Assembly: GCA_964456235.1 (NCBI GenBank)
Contig: CAYWDX010000001.1
Span: 201,210-265,209 of the forward strand
Reading direction: 5' to 3'
Length of the DNA stretch: 64,000 nt
Source: an uncultured Candidatus Saccharibacteria bacterium
Lineage (GTDB): Bacteria > Patescibacteriota > Minisyncoccia > UBA6257 > 2-01-FULL-56-20
The notes under the pieces are model-generated. The model saw only the letters and a list, made by a program, of their open reading frames with translations. It did not search any database and had not been told where the DNA came from. Shown here in pieces: positions 27,296-37,941 of the stretch (position 1 is its first letter; each line of letters starts with the position of its first letter). A program made the position numbers and the translations under genes.

Positions 27296-28858
27296 GTGAT
27301 CAAAAATCTTGCCAGAACCTATTCGGCGGAACTTGAGGGGATTAACGCAAGACTGATCGAAGTTGAAATCGACATCAATGTCGGCCTTCACGCATTCAAC
27401 ATCGTTGGGCTAGCCGACCGCGCATTGAACGAGGCGCGCGAACGGGTGAACTCGGCGATCAAAAATTCTGGCGCCAAGCCGCCGAATCGGGAGAATCGGA
27501 AAATCACGGTCAACCTCGCGCCTGCCGATGTAAAAAAGACTGGTTCGCATTACGACCTTGCCATCGCGCTTGGTTATTTGTTTGCGACAAAGCAAATTGC
27601 ACGATTTGAAACCAGCGACAAAATTTTTGTTGGTGAATTAGCGCTTGATGGACGCTTGCGGCCGATCAGCGGCGCGCTCAATATCGCAGAATTGGCTGCG
27701 AAAAGGGGATTCAGAAAATTATTTCTGCCGCCAGAAAATGCCGCCGAAGCGGCGGCGATCAAAAACATCAGAATCGTCGCGGTTGAAAATTTGACAGCGG
27801 CGATCGCAATACTCGAGGGACGCGGAGAGCGAGCTTCAACGGCAACGCAGGGCGATCAAGCTCCTCAACAACCACGAAGCTCTTTCCCGGATTTTTCTGA
27901 AATTGTCGGCCAGGAGAATGCTAAACGCGCGCTCACGATCGCCGCGAGCGGAAACCACAATTTGCTTTTTGCCGGCAGCCCCGGCGTTGGCAAAAGCATG
28001 CTCGCTCGAGCATTGGTTAGGATCCTGCCACCGCCGACGCTTGCCGAATCAATCGAGATTACGAAAATTTGGAGTGCTGCCGGGTTGAGCCCTGGCCGCT
28101 TGGTCACCGAGCGTCCATTTCGCGCGCCGCACCAAACTTCATCGGCGCTTGCGCTCGTGGGAGGTGGGGGAGACCCGAGGCCGGGGGAAATCAGCCTCGC
28201 GCATCGGGGAATCCTCTTTCTCGATGAGTTGCCAGAATTCTCAGCGAGCGCACTCGAAGCGCTCCGAGAGCCCATGGAATCTGGCGTTATTCGCGTTGCC
28301 CGAGCTAAACGCAGCGTCACGTTTCCCGCAAAGTTCGCGCTCGTCGCCGCGATGAATCCGTGCCCGTGCGGATTTTATGGAGACCCGGATGCAAATTGCA
28401 CGTGTGGTGCGTACGAGGTAATTCGTTACCAGCGAAAAATTTCAGGGCCCCTGCTTGATCGGATAGATCTTCAGGTGCGCGTGGGGCGTGTGAAGGTGGG
28501 GGAGTTGCGGGAAGACGGCGAGCGGGCGACAGGCGCGGAAATGATGGGTCCGAAAATCAAACAGTCGGTTGAGGCAGCGCGTGGGCGGCAGGCGGAACGA
28601 TTCAAAAATAGCGGCCGCAGCAGCGGGCTCATGACGAACGCCGATATGACCTCGCGCGAAGTGCGCGGCATGGTCGCCCTTGAACCAACGGCAAGAAAAT
28701 TCCTAGAAACCTTCGATACAAGCAGGGTCTCCGCGCGCGGTTATTATCGCATTCTCAAAGTCGCGCGCACGATCGCGGATATAGAAAACGCGGACCTCGT
28801 GTCCGCGGAACATCTCGCCGAAGCATTCAGCTATCGGCTGCGCGATGATACTTCGTGA
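27296..28858 (+). CDS. comM: YifB/ComM-family Mg-chelatase-like AAA+ ATPase
   Basis: N-terminal Lon-protease-like domain, Walker A LLFAGSPGVGKSML, Walker B ILFLDEL, C-terminal ComM domain. GTG start. Confidence 0.85.
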   Translation: MIKNLARTYSAELEGINARLIEVEIDINVGLHAFNIVGLADRALNEARERVNSAIKNSGAKPPNRENRKITVNLAPADVKKTGSHYDLAIALGYLFATKQIARFETSDKIFVGELALDGRLRPISGALNIAELAAKRGFRKLFLPPENAAEAAAIKNIRIVAVENLTAAIAILEGRGERASTATQGDQAPQQPRSSFPDFSEIVGQENAKRALTIAASGNHNLLFAGSPGVGKSMLARALVRILPPPTLAESIEITKIWSAAGLSPGRLVTERPFRAPHQTSSALALVGGGGDPRPGEISLAHRGILFLDELPEFSASALEALREPMESGVIRVARAKRSVTFPAKFALVAAMNPCPCGFYGDPDANCTCGAYEVIRYQRKISGPLLDRIDLQVRVGRVKVGELREDGERATGAEMMGPKIKQSVEAARGRQAERFKNSGRSSGLMTNADMTSREVRGMVALEPTARKFLETFDTSRVSARGYYRILKVARTIADIENADLVSAEHLAEAFSYRLRDDTS

Positions 28859-28860
28859 AA

Positions 28861-29598
28861 TTATTTTTTCGCGAAAGGATTTCTTGCGCCAATCACTTGG
28901 AAGTTGAGCGAGCATCCCGTCGCATCGCCCGTCTGCCCCATGAGGCCAACGGCCTGTCCCTGCTGCACATAATCGCCGGGCTGGACCGAAACCTGTTCGA
29001 GATGTGAGTAGCGGGTGGCAATGCCACTGCCAAATGGATGTTCGATCAGGACAAAATTCCCGTAGCCGTCATTCCAGCCATTCAAAGTATTCACGATCGT
29101 GTTGTCGGGAACGACGAGACCCTCTGCTGCCGCGACGACTTTTGTGCCGCAGGAATTTACGATCGTGATCGAATTGTCGGTGCCCAAAATTCCCTGATTA
29201 ACTCCGCTCGCCGGCTTAATGAATTCGCTGTTGTAGTTCGGGAGGGCAAGGAGCGCTTTCTTGTTCGTCGGCTGAACCTTTGCAACGCTTCCGCCAGCGT
29301 AAAGCGTTCCCTCATCCCTTAACGCGGCGGCGTCCGGATCGATTACGCCCGATTCGGTTCCGGGATCTGACGGGGTCGGTGCCTGGCCGCTCGATGTGAT
29401 AAAAGCCCCGACGTCGTTTGCCGGCAGCGTGGCCATATTTATTTCCGCGCCCTCCGCACTTGCGACGAGTGATTGCGAAATCGGCGAGATACCGCTCGCC
29501 GAACCAAGACGGGACGCGAGACTCCGCTCTTCGATGAGATTTTGCTTGGGTAAGAATGAGATCGACAAGAAAGAAGCTAAACCCAAAAAAACGGCCAC
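28861..29598 (-). CDS. M23-family peptidoglycan endopeptidase
   Basis: C-terminal GYGNFVLIEHPFGSGIATRYSHL...GQTGDATGCSLNFQV matches the M23/LytM core. Start set at the GTG that gives a signal peptide AVFLGLASFLSISFL, because the longer ORF overlaps pcrA. Confidence 0.6.
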   Translation of the reverse strand: MAVFLGLASFLSISFLPKQNLIEERSLASRLGSASGISPISQSLVASAEGAEINMATLPANDVGAFITSSGQAPTPSDPGTESGVIDPDAAALRDEGTLYAGGSVAKVQPTNKKALLALPNYNSEFIKPASGVNQGILGTDNSITIVNSCGTKVVAAAEGLVVPDNTIVNTLNGWNDGYGNFVLIEHPFGSGIATRYSHLEQVSVQPGDYVQQGQAVGLMGQTGDATGCSLNFQVIGARNPFAKK

Positions 29599-29665
29599 TG
29601 TTAATGGCTTATGTTTCCTATATAATTGGGTTGCTATCGTACTAATACCCTCTAGCTTACCATAA

Positions 29666-31588
29666 ATGCCTAAAAATAACCAGATTTTCCCGAAAACTAA
29701 GCCATTCCCGCTAAATCCGGCACAAAAAGCGGCGGCCGAGGCACCGAAGACCCCTCTTCTGATAGTCGCAGGAGCAGGAACTGGCAAAACCAGGACCCTT
29801 ACGAGCCGAATTATCCACCTCATAGACACAGGCACTGACCCGAGCCGGATCTGCGCCATAACCTTTACCAACAAGGCTGCGAAAGAGATGCTCCGTCGGC
29901 TACCAGGGCAGCCCGAGCTCTTTATTGGCACTTTTCATTCCCTGGGAGCACGCATTTTACGCAGGGAATCCTCGATTTTAGGGCGTGGACCCAATTTCGT
30001 GATCTTTGACGACCATGATTCTTTCGAATTGATCAAGAAAATCGTCAAAAAACATGGTTTGACGGAAAAAGATAAGAAAAATACCCCATCATTCTTTGCC
30101 CAAAAGATTTCGGAGCTCAAAAACTTGGGGGCGGCGCAGGTTGATGAAGCAGCGACGGGCTTGACCGGGAAGCAGGATCGGGCGGCCATGGAGCGGATGG
30201 CACTCGCATCGCACGTTTTCGAGGAATATGAAGCTGCGCTCGCGCGGAACAATGCATTTGATTTTGATGACCTTATTGGAAAACCGGTCCTGCTGTGGCA
30301 AAAAAACGCGGCGGCGCTCAAAAAATATCAGAATAAATTCGATGCCATCCTGATTGACGAATACCAAGACATCAACCCGAAGCAATATGAATTCGTGAAA
30401 CTGCTTGCGCAAGCGCATCGGAATTTGAGCGTGGTGGGCGATGACGAACAGACCATTTACAGCTGGCGCTACGCCGACATCCGCACGTTCCTCAATTTCG
30501 ATAAAGATTGGCCGGGCGCCAAAGTTTATTTTCTCGAAGAAAATTATCGCTCGACTTCGACGGTGATTGACGCCGCGCAAGCGGTCGCCGAGCATAATCG
30601 CTTCCGCACGCCAAAAAAATTGTGGACGGGCAATCCGGAAGGGGAGCGCATCAAACTTTTTGAAGCGTGGGGAGAAAATGACGAAGCGGCGTGGATCGTC
30701 GACGGCCTCAAAACTCTGAAAGCGGCCGGCGGGGAATTTTCACAAAGCGCAATTTTGTACCGCACGAATGCGCAGTCGCGCGCGATCGAGCAAGCGCTCA
30801 TCCGCCACGAAATTCCCTACCAAATTTTTGGCGGATTGAAATTCTACGAACGGCGCGAAGTGAAAGATGCGATCGCGGCGCTCCGCTGGGCGATGAACGA
30901 GCGCGACGAGCTCGCGCGCGAACGCCTGGAAAAGAATTTAACCAAGAAAAAGTTTGCGGCGTTCGCAAATAAAATGGGGGCGGCGATGCGCGGTCCAACA
31001 GGAATCACGCCGAAAGATGCGATCAAAATTTTTCTTGAAGCATTTGGCTATTTTGATTATTTGGAAGATAATTTTTTGAATTCTGATGAGCGCGAGGAGA
31101 ACATTGCCGAGCTGATCGGCTTCGCCGAAGAGTTTTCCGACCTCCCGGATTTTATCGAAAAAGTGACCCTCCTCCAGGCCACCGATGATGAAAATAACCC
31201 AGCAAAATCAAGGGAAAAAGTGAATTTGATGACCATCCACCTGGCGAAGGGTTTGGAGTTTGAAAACGTTTTTATCGCGGGCGCGAGCGAGGGATTGTTG
31301 CCGCATGTGCGGTCGATCGAGCGCGAGGCGTCGCTCGAAGAAGAGCGCCGGCTGATGTACGTCGCGATGACGCGCGCGAAAAATAAATTGCATATCAGTT
31401 TTTACGGAATGCCGTCGCGTTTTGTTTCTGAAATACCTGAAAAATATCTTTCGCTCGCCCCGGGCGGCGCAACCATGAGTGGCGCGAGCGGCACGAACGC
31501 TGCCGGCGTTGACGACTTTGGCGATGATGCCGAAGATGACCAAGCGTGGCATGATGACGCAAGCGGAGAAAATGTGATTCAATGGTAA
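29666..31588 (+). CDS. pcrA: UvrD/PcrA/Rep-family DNA helicase
   Basis: Motif I AGAGTGKT, motif II DEYQD and the remaining SF1 helicase motifs. Confidence 0.9.
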   Translation: MPKNNQIFPKTKPFPLNPAQKAAAEAPKTPLLIVAGAGTGKTRTLTSRIIHLIDTGTDPSRICAITFTNKAAKEMLRRLPGQPELFIGTFHSLGARILRRESSILGRGPNFVIFDDHDSFELIKKIVKKHGLTEKDKKNTPSFFAQKISELKNLGAAQVDEAATGLTGKQDRAAMERMALASHVFEEYEAALARNNAFDFDDLIGKPVLLWQKNAAALKKYQNKFDAILIDEYQDINPKQYEFVKLLAQAHRNLSVVGDDEQTIYSWRYADIRTFLNFDKDWPGAKVYFLEENYRSTSTVIDAAQAVAEHNRFRTPKKLWTGNPEGERIKLFEAWGENDEAAWIVDGLKTLKAAGGEFSQSAILYRTNAQSRAIEQALIRHEIPYQIFGGLKFYERREVKDAIAALRWAMNERDELARERLEKNLTKKKFAAFANKMGAAMRGPTGITPKDAIKIFLEAFGYFDYLEDNFLNSDEREENIAELIGFAEEFSDLPDFIEKVTLLQATDDENNPAKSREKVNLMTIHLAKGLEFENVFIAGASEGLLPHVRSIEREASLEEERRLMYVAMTRAKNKLHISFYGMPSRFVSEIPEKYLSLAPGGATMSGASGTNAAGVDDFGDDAEDDQAWHDDASGENVIQW

Positions 31589-31607
31589 AACAAAAAAATC
31601 CCGAACC

Positions 31608-32387
31608 ATGCCCAATAAATTACTCGGCCAACATTTTTTGAAGAATCCGCACGTGGCGCAAACCATAGTGCGCGCGCTTGACCCACGCGCGGGAGAAATA
31701 ATTTTTGAAATCGGTCCCGGCCATGGCGAACTCACCCTCGCGCTCGCCGAAGCGGCGAAAAATGCCGGCGCGAAAGTCGTCGCGATCGAAAAAGATCCCG
31801 CGCTCGCCGAAACACTTTCCGCGCGTATCGATCCAGACGTCGAAATCATTGCCGGCGATGCCCTCAAAATTTTGGCTGAAGAAATTTCAAAACGTGGCGC
31901 CGAAAATTTTAAAATCGCCGGGAATATTCCTTATTATTTGAGCGGCCACTTGCTGCGCACCATAAGCGAACTTCAGAACAAGCCGTCCCGCGTCATCTTC
32001 ACCGTACAAAAAGAAGTCGCCGAGCGCATCATCGCTGCGCCGGCAAAAATGAATCGGCTCGCCGCGAGTGTGCAGTTCTGGGCGACGCCAAAAATCATCG
32101 GGCGTATTCCAAAAGAGGATTTTGACCCGATGCCTCACGTGGATTCCGCGATTATCTCCCTTGATCGCGCCGAGCCGCGAGCCGCCCAGCCAGAAAAGTA
32201 TTATGAATTGGTTCGCGCAGTCTTTGCCCAGCCGCGGAAGACCATTTTCAACAATATCGCCAGCCATTTCAAGAACTTCACACGCCCCGAAATCGAAAAT
32301 CTGCTTGAAAAATGCGGCATCCAGCCTGGCGCGCGCCCTCAAAACTTATCCGTGAAGGACATCGTCTCGCTAGCCCAGATTTTTTAA
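31608..32387 (+). CDS. rsmA: 16S rRNA (adenine1518/1519-N6)-dimethyltransferase
   Basis: LGQHFL...EIGPGHGELT SAM motif and the typical KsgA length. Confidence 0.85.
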   Translation: MPNKLLGQHFLKNPHVAQTIVRALDPRAGEIIFEIGPGHGELTLALAEAAKNAGAKVVAIEKDPALAETLSARIDPDVEIIAGDALKILAEEISKRGAENFKIAGNIPYYLSGHLLRTISELQNKPSRVIFTVQKEVAERIIAAPAKMNRLAASVQFWATPKIIGRIPKEDFDPMPHVDSAIISLDRAEPRAAQPEKYYELVRAVFAQPRKTIFNNIASHFKNFTRPEIENLLEKCGIQPGARPQNLSVKDIVSLAQIF

Positions 32388-32468
32388 GTTGTCGCAGGCT
32401 GCTGCGGGCGCTCTTGGGGATAAAACATTGGCCACTTTGGCCGTTTTAGTGCGGTATAATCTATATAA

Positions 32469-34547
32469 ATGATAGATGTGAAGAAGTTTGTCAGCGCCTT
32501 CTTGATTTTGGCCGCCTTGACGGCTTCCGGGGTGCTGCTCGTGAACTTCTCCGGCCGAATGCCGGCCGCTCCGACCGCCGGATCTATCACGCAGAATGGC
32601 TCGGTCCCAACGAATGCCTTCGCCCCTGAAAGCGCCTCTCTCCCGAATGATGCATCCGGGGGTACCGACATTAATGCTGCTATCACCTCTGACCCTAACA
32701 ATCTCACGAATCAACTGGCTGATTCGCTCCTTACGAACGTGATCACGGCGAACCCAAACGGCCCGCAGGACGATGGCAGCGGCGACGGGTTGTTGACACC
32801 ACCCGATCCCAATGCGGTGATTGCCGGCATCGACCCGAATGTTTACCGAAAGGTGACAATCCCTGACTGGGATTTTGAGGCGGCGATGCTTTCAGCTCAC
32901 ACCTCGGTGGCGGCGTCGAATTCTGACATCGCTCATTATGCGTCCGACGTAAGTTCCATCTTGGGCGACGTCAACCGCCAGGCAACCGCATTCGATGCGC
33001 AATCCACCGGCGAAGCCGACCTTGCGGCTTTGCATTCGCAAACTCAAACTTCGATTCAAAAATTGGCGAGTCTTACGATTCCAAAAGATCTTGCGAGCTT
33101 CCACAAGAATCTCGTCAACGTTTTGGTGTATCAAAAGAATGCACTCGCGCTCGTCGAGTCAGCTTCGAACGATCCCTTCAGGGCATCTCTCACGCTCGAA
33201 GCAGAGACGCCGAAATATCAAGTCGCTGCGCAGAAACTTCAGAAGGCCGCACAGGCCGCCGAAGCAAGCGGCGTGCTTTCGCTCCTCCCCAAGGATTCGT
33301 CAAACGGCGAAAATCGTTTATTGGCTGCCGTTCATTCGCTTATCGGCATTCCCACCGCGCACGCATTCATCGTCTTTGACCCAATAGCCGATGCGCAGAC
33401 GACGATCACGGCAACACAGCTCATCCTGCAGATCGTGAAGAGCGCGCTTTTACAGATTCTTAAGAATACTCTGATCACAATCATCCAAAACCGCGTTTTG
33501 GGTTTTATAAAAAATAACGGAAATCCGAAGTTTATTCAGGATTGGGGGCGATATGTTTCGGATGCATTTAACTTAACTGCGGGCGGCGCTCTCGGCCAAA
33601 TCGTTCCTGGTCTTTGCAATAATTTCAGCCCTCAAGTGACGCGGTGGCTTCAAAATTCTTTCCCGGGGGCGAGCATCATTCCTGGCGGAACATCGCTGAA
33701 CGGTGCGGCAGGAACAAACTGCTCCCTCCAAGGCGTAGCCGCGAACCCAAATTTCTATAACAACTTCTCGGCCGCGGGGCCGGACGCAGGATTTCAAGGG
33801 TTTATTTCATTGCTTAGTCCACAGAACAATCCCTTCGGTGCCTTCGCGGAAGCGCACGATGAAATATCCTTCCTTTCGAATGCTGCTGCAGGCGCCACTC
33901 AAAACAAAGCGGTATCTTCTGGTGGGTTTATAGGCCAAGAAATTTGCGGCGACGGATCAACGCCGAGCTCCGTTTTCACCTATTGCCAGGTGGGGCACGT
34001 TAATGCGAACGGGAGTTCCTGCGTGAACAGCAATGGATCAACCGTGGGAACGCCTTTCAGGCAAAGGGGTTGTGCTGATAGTAACCAGCCGTTTGTCACC
34101 GCTCCGGGAAGGACGATCGGCGATACGCTTTCGAATACTCTCGGCGCGAATATACACCTCGTCGTAAACGCTAACGACATTATCGGACTTGCGGCCACGA
34201 TTGGCGCGTCGCTTCTCGAGCAATTTGTAGCAGCTGGCATCCACGGTTTGATCACGACCCAGCCCGCAGGCACGGGTGCTGTTCCGACCACCGCACCGAG
34301 TCTGCCGCCGTTGGCTTGCATCCCAAGCCAACTCATTGCTTCGAGCAGCGATGTACTTGTTCTTAGTAGCACGGGGGGCGATGGCCTCAATTATGATTGG
34401 GTTGCGTTCGGTGGCAATCCTTCGAGCGGATCTGGAGTTTCATTTACAACATCATTTGCCAATCCGGGGACTTATAGCGTGACCGTTACGAACGTCCCGG
34501 CGGGAGCAAGCAGTCAGAGCGCATCCTGCGCCGTCACCATCCAATAA
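32469..34547 (+). CDS. Large secreted/membrane-anchored protein, first gene of the T4SS-like operon
   Basis: N-terminal TM FLILAALTASGVLLVNF, 692 aa with S/T/N/G-rich extracellular domains. Its C-terminal motif PGTYSVTVTN also occurs in the orphan fragment at 16790..16922. Confidence 0.6.
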   Translation: MIDVKKFVSAFLILAALTASGVLLVNFSGRMPAAPTAGSITQNGSVPTNAFAPESASLPNDASGGTDINAAITSDPNNLTNQLADSLLTNVITANPNGPQDDGSGDGLLTPPDPNAVIAGIDPNVYRKVTIPDWDFEAAMLSAHTSVAASNSDIAHYASDVSSILGDVNRQATAFDAQSTGEADLAALHSQTQTSIQKLASLTIPKDLASFHKNLVNVLVYQKNALALVESASNDPFRASLTLEAETPKYQVAAQKLQKAAQAAEASGVLSLLPKDSSNGENRLLAAVHSLIGIPTAHAFIVFDPIADAQTTITATQLILQIVKSALLQILKNTLITIIQNRVLGFIKNNGNPKFIQDWGRYVSDAFNLTAGGALGQIVPGLCNNFSPQVTRWLQNSFPGASIIPGGTSLNGAAGTNCSLQGVAANPNFYNNFSAAGPDAGFQGFISLLSPQNNPFGAFAEAHDEISFLSNAAAGATQNKAVSSGGFIGQEICGDGSTPSSVFTYCQVGHVNANGSSCVNSNGSTVGTPFRQRGCADSNQPFVTAPGRTIGDTLSNTLGANIHLVVNANDIIGLAATIGASLLEQFVAAGIHGLITTQPAGTGAVPTTAPSLPPLACIPSQLIASSSDVLVLSSTGGDGLNYDWVAFGGNPSSGSGVSFTTSFANPGTYSVTVTNVPAGASSQSASCAVTIQ

Positions 34548-34548
34548 C

Positions 34549-36099
34549 ATGCTGAAAAAACGACTGCCATTTATTCTTCTTGCCGGAATGGCGGCGGCGT
34601 TAGCGGCGGCTGCGCCGGCGCACTTCGCGCATGCCAGCTGGTTCGGCCTCGATACCATTGCCGGCGGGGTGATTGGTTATATCGCCTATGGACTTATCTA
34701 TATCATCGCGACCATCGCGGGGGTAGCGATTTCGATTATTACCTATCTCATCAGCATTCTTCTCCAGGTTAGCTCTAACGTCGTGAACACCGCAGCCGTG
34801 CAGGTTGGGTTTTCCGTGATGCTCGCGATCGCGAACCTTGGGTTTGTTCTTTTCATCATCATCATAGCGATCGCCACTATTCTGAAGAGGGAATCGTATG
34901 GAATGAAAAAATCGCTGTGGCGATTGGTCATCGCTGCCATACTCGTGAACTTCAGTCTCGTGATCGGGGGAGCGGTTATAAATTTTGCGAACATCATTAC
35001 CAACCAATTCTTGCAGCAACTTCCCGGCGGTGGAGGCAATAATGGGCCTACAACCTTCGCGCAAGAACTCGCTGGAGCTTTCGCGCCCCAAAAAGGACTT
35101 CTCGTACTTTCGAGCTCCGGGAATAATGTTGCCGGGAACATTGCGGGGTCAAACCTCGGAGACGTGAATGCCGGGAGTACTATCGCAAGCATGATCACCC
35201 CTGTCGTGAGCGTCTCTGCTGCTGCAGCTCTGCTTATCGCAATCATTATTACCCTCGCGGCATTTGCGACCATGTTGCTTATCCGATACGTGTATCTTTC
35301 TATACTCCTCATCGTGATGCCATTCGCTTGGCTCATGTGGGTATTTGAAGGGACGAAGGGACAATTCAAAAAGTGGTGGGATTCTTTCATTCGATGGTCG
35401 TTTTTTGCCCCTATTGTAGTATTTTTCCTTTGGCTTTCGATCGCGACGGCCCAAAAACTAAATACCAACAACAACGACAACCCGATAGGGTTTCTCGCCG
35501 GGACTAGTTATACCGCAAACACGTCGAATCCGATCACCGGGGCTCTCGGTTCAACGTTTGGATCTTTCGTTGCCGCCTTCGCCTCAACGTCGCTCCAAGC
35601 AGTGTTAGTTGTGGGGCTTGCGGTGGGCGGCATGATCGCGGCGAATAAGTTGAGTATCATGGGTGCGAAAAATGCTGTTGGCGCTATGGACGGTGGAGCG
35701 AAAGCTTTTAGAAATTATGTTGTAAAGCGGGGCAAAAGGGGAACGTTAACCGTTGCCCAAAAAACTATGGGTGGCGTAGCTAGGGTTGCAGCGCCTTCTC
35801 CTGGAGCACCGCCAAATGCATGGAATAGATTCCGAGGTAGTGTTGCGACGCGATTTTCTGGAGCCTCTGCTAACTTGGGTCAGGCTGCAACGAGTTCGAA
35901 TCTCAAAACTAAAGGTTTGGCTGCGACGGTCTGGGGTGGCATAAAGCAAGGGTCTGGATTATTTAAGGGCGCGAGCAAGAGCAGTAAGGATTGGGAATGC
36001 CAAGTTTGTCATAATGTTCAAAGAAGTACGATTAAGCCGACGACGGCGTGTCAAAATTGCCACTCTCCTGCCGCTCTAGCTAAATGGACTCAAATATAA
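34549..36099 (+). CDS. VirB6/TrbL-like polytopic membrane protein with C-terminal CxxC...CxxC
   Basis: Signal peptide, then at least 6 hydrophobic helices in the arrangement typical of TrbL/VirB6. C-terminal CQVCHN...CQNCHS. Confidence 0.6.
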   Translation: MLKKRLPFILLAGMAAALAAAAPAHFAHASWFGLDTIAGGVIGYIAYGLIYIIATIAGVAISIITYLISILLQVSSNVVNTAAVQVGFSVMLAIANLGFVLFIIIIAIATILKRESYGMKKSLWRLVIAAILVNFSLVIGGAVINFANIITNQFLQQLPGGGGNNGPTTFAQELAGAFAPQKGLLVLSSSGNNVAGNIAGSNLGDVNAGSTIASMITPVVSVSAAAALLIAIIITLAAFATMLLIRYVYLSILLIVMPFAWLMWVFEGTKGQFKKWWDSFIRWSFFAPIVVFFLWLSIATAQKLNTNNNDNPIGFLAGTSYTANTSNPITGALGSTFGSFVAAFASTSLQAVLVVGLAVGGMIAANKLSIMGAKNAVGAMDGGAKAFRNYVVKRGKRGTLTVAQKTMGGVARVAAPSPGAPPNAWNRFRGSVATRFSGASANLGQAATSSNLKTKGLAATVWGGIKQGSGLFKGASKSSKDWECQVCHNVQRSTIKPTTACQNCHSPAALAKWTQI

Positions 36100-36107
36100 T
36101 TTAGAAC

Positions 36108-37364
36108 ATGATTTTAGTTGATCAGATAACAGAACAAGAATTGGATCGGAGATTCGATAGCCTTTCTATAAAACTAAGAGATGCGCTCACATCGGAGCGA
36201 AATCTAAATATCGTTAGTGATATTTGTGAGAAAAATAAAATTCTCGACAAAGAAAAGGCGGCGGCTATTCACCAAATAATCGGTTTAACGATACTTGGCT
36301 TTGCTCACTATTATGATATCGGTAAAGAAATAAACGAGTCGTTGTCATTAAATAATTCAAAATTTTCTAATGATATCGCTGAAGAAATAAATGCTAAAAT
36401 TTTTTCTCCAATCAAAGATGATTTAGAGAATAATTATCATCCCATCATTAGTGAAGTTGCCAAAACACTAACCCCCGCCAAGATTCTTCAACCTGAAGAA
36501 AAAAAATTGCCGAAAATATTGACTGAAATAGCGACGCCGCAGGCGATCAAGCCGGCGCCGATACCAATATCAATCCCCATTCCCACGCCCACTCCTCCGC
36601 CCAAGCCCGCGGGCGTGCCAGTCCCCATGCCTTCGGTCCTCTCGCAATCGGCCGGCGCGTCGGCCAAGGTTGGGATCGCCCAGGTCACGCCCGATCGCTT
36701 GAAACCCGCGGCGCCTCCACCGCCTGGCTGGTCAAAAGCCCGGTCAGGGGAACCAGTCGTGAAGCTTAGCGGCCCCGTGATGCCCGCGCCTCCGGTCCCG
36801 CCCGGATCCTTAAATAAAATGCCGAGTGGACCAGCGGTGACGGTATCTATCACCCCACCAACGGCGCCTGCCGCACCAAAAATGCCGACGGCATCATCAG
36901 CGCCGATCGCGAAGCCATCCGAACCGGCGCCGATTCTGATCCACGAAGATGCATCGCTGCGGCCGCAGCAAAAAATTCCTGACTTCCATTTCCCGATCAC
37001 TCCGGACACGACAAAAAAAGAGTCAACTGCGCCGCCGCTCAAGCCCGCGATCCTCGAGCTTGGTAAAAATGCTCCGAGCGGTATGGCGAACACTGCGGCG
37101 CTAAAGCCGAGCACCGTTGCCTCGACCCGCGTCGTCCATTACACCGAATATAAATCGCCGACGCCGGAGACGCCGATCAAACCGGTAGCGCCGCAGGGGC
37201 CGCGGCAGGTGACAGAACTCACCATGCAAAAGCCGGCGCCGCGAACGATGCCCGCTGCAGCGACACCGCCGAAACCTCCGCTCAACCCGTCGCTGCCGCC
37301 GGGGCCGCCAAGTCCTTCGAGCTCGCCGCCCGTTCCGCCAGGACTGCCGCCGCAAAAGAAATAG
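36108..37364 (+). CDS. Proline-rich protein with an AT-richer N-terminal domain
   Basis: ~140-aa N-terminal domain followed by ~270 aa rich in P/A/S/K (PxP, PPPP runs). Confidence 0.5.
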   Translation: MILVDQITEQELDRRFDSLSIKLRDALTSERNLNIVSDICEKNKILDKEKAAAIHQIIGLTILGFAHYYDIGKEINESLSLNNSKFSNDIAEEINAKIFSPIKDDLENNYHPIISEVAKTLTPAKILQPEEKKLPKILTEIATPQAIKPAPIPISIPIPTPTPPPKPAGVPVPMPSVLSQSAGASAKVGIAQVTPDRLKPAAPPPPGWSKARSGEPVVKLSGPVMPAPPVPPGSLNKMPSGPAVTVSITPPTAPAAPKMPTASSAPIAKPSEPAPILIHEDASLRPQQKIPDFHFPITPDTTKKESTAPPLKPAILELGKNAPSGMANTAALKPSTVASTRVVHYTEYKSPTPETPIKPVAPQGPRQVTELTMQKPAPRTMPAAATPPKPPLNPSLPPGPPSPSSSPPVPPGLPPQKK

Positions 37365-37380
37365 CCCAGGGAGCAATATA

Positions 37381-37406
37381 GATGACCGGCCCTTCGGCCG
37401 GTCATC
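37381..37406 (+). other. Perfect 11-bp stem hairpin (GATGACCGGCC ttcg GGCCGGTCATC) inside the operon
   Basis: Read from the sequence; no T-run follows. Lies between the Pro-rich gene and the prgI-like gene. Confidence 0.6.
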
Positions 37407-37422
37407 AGTTATAATAGAGGTG

Positions 37423-37920
37423 ATGCAATATCAAGTGCCGCAATTTATCGAGACCGAAGACAAGATCGTGGGCCCCCTTACGCTCCGCCAGTTTATTTAT
37501 GTGGGCATTGGCGCCCTGCTTTCCGCCCTCCTTTATTTCATGGTCCAGACGTGGCTCTGGCTGATTCTCTCTATATTTATAGTAGGAATTGCTGTGGGGG
37601 TTGCTTTTGTGAAGGTTGAGGGCCGGGCGCTCGGCAATGTTATTCTTTCGGCGGCAAGCTTCTATTGGAACCCCCAGACCTACGTTTGGCAGGCGGCGCA
37701 TGCTGCAAAGGCTCCGAAATCCCAGGGAGACTCGGGGTTTGTTGCATCTCTCCAGAAGATCGCGGAGGGCGCGGCGCTTCGCAAGCACTGGGAAAGCCTG
37801 CAGACGGGGGAAAAGATGTCGGCTGAAAAGTTTGCCGAAAAGAAAATGAATGAGCGTTACGCTATCTTTCGCACGATCATGGGCGATCGTGAAGCGGCGC
37901 GGCGAGTGGATTACCGGTAA
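37423..37920 (+). CDS. PrgI-family (VirB3-like) small membrane protein
   Basis: MQYQVPQFIETEDKIVGPLTLRQFIYV followed by two TM helices, the typical PrgI-family N-terminus, located immediately upstream of virB4. Confidence 0.65.
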   Translation: MQYQVPQFIETEDKIVGPLTLRQFIYVGIGALLSALLYFMVQTWLWLILSIFIVGIAVGVAFVKVEGRALGNVILSAASFYWNPQTYVWQAAHAAKAPKSQGDSGFVASLQKIAEGAALRKHWESLQTGEKMSAEKFAEKKMNERYAIFRTIMGDREAARRVDYR

Positions 37921-37941
37921 AAATCGTGGGAAAATAAATAC

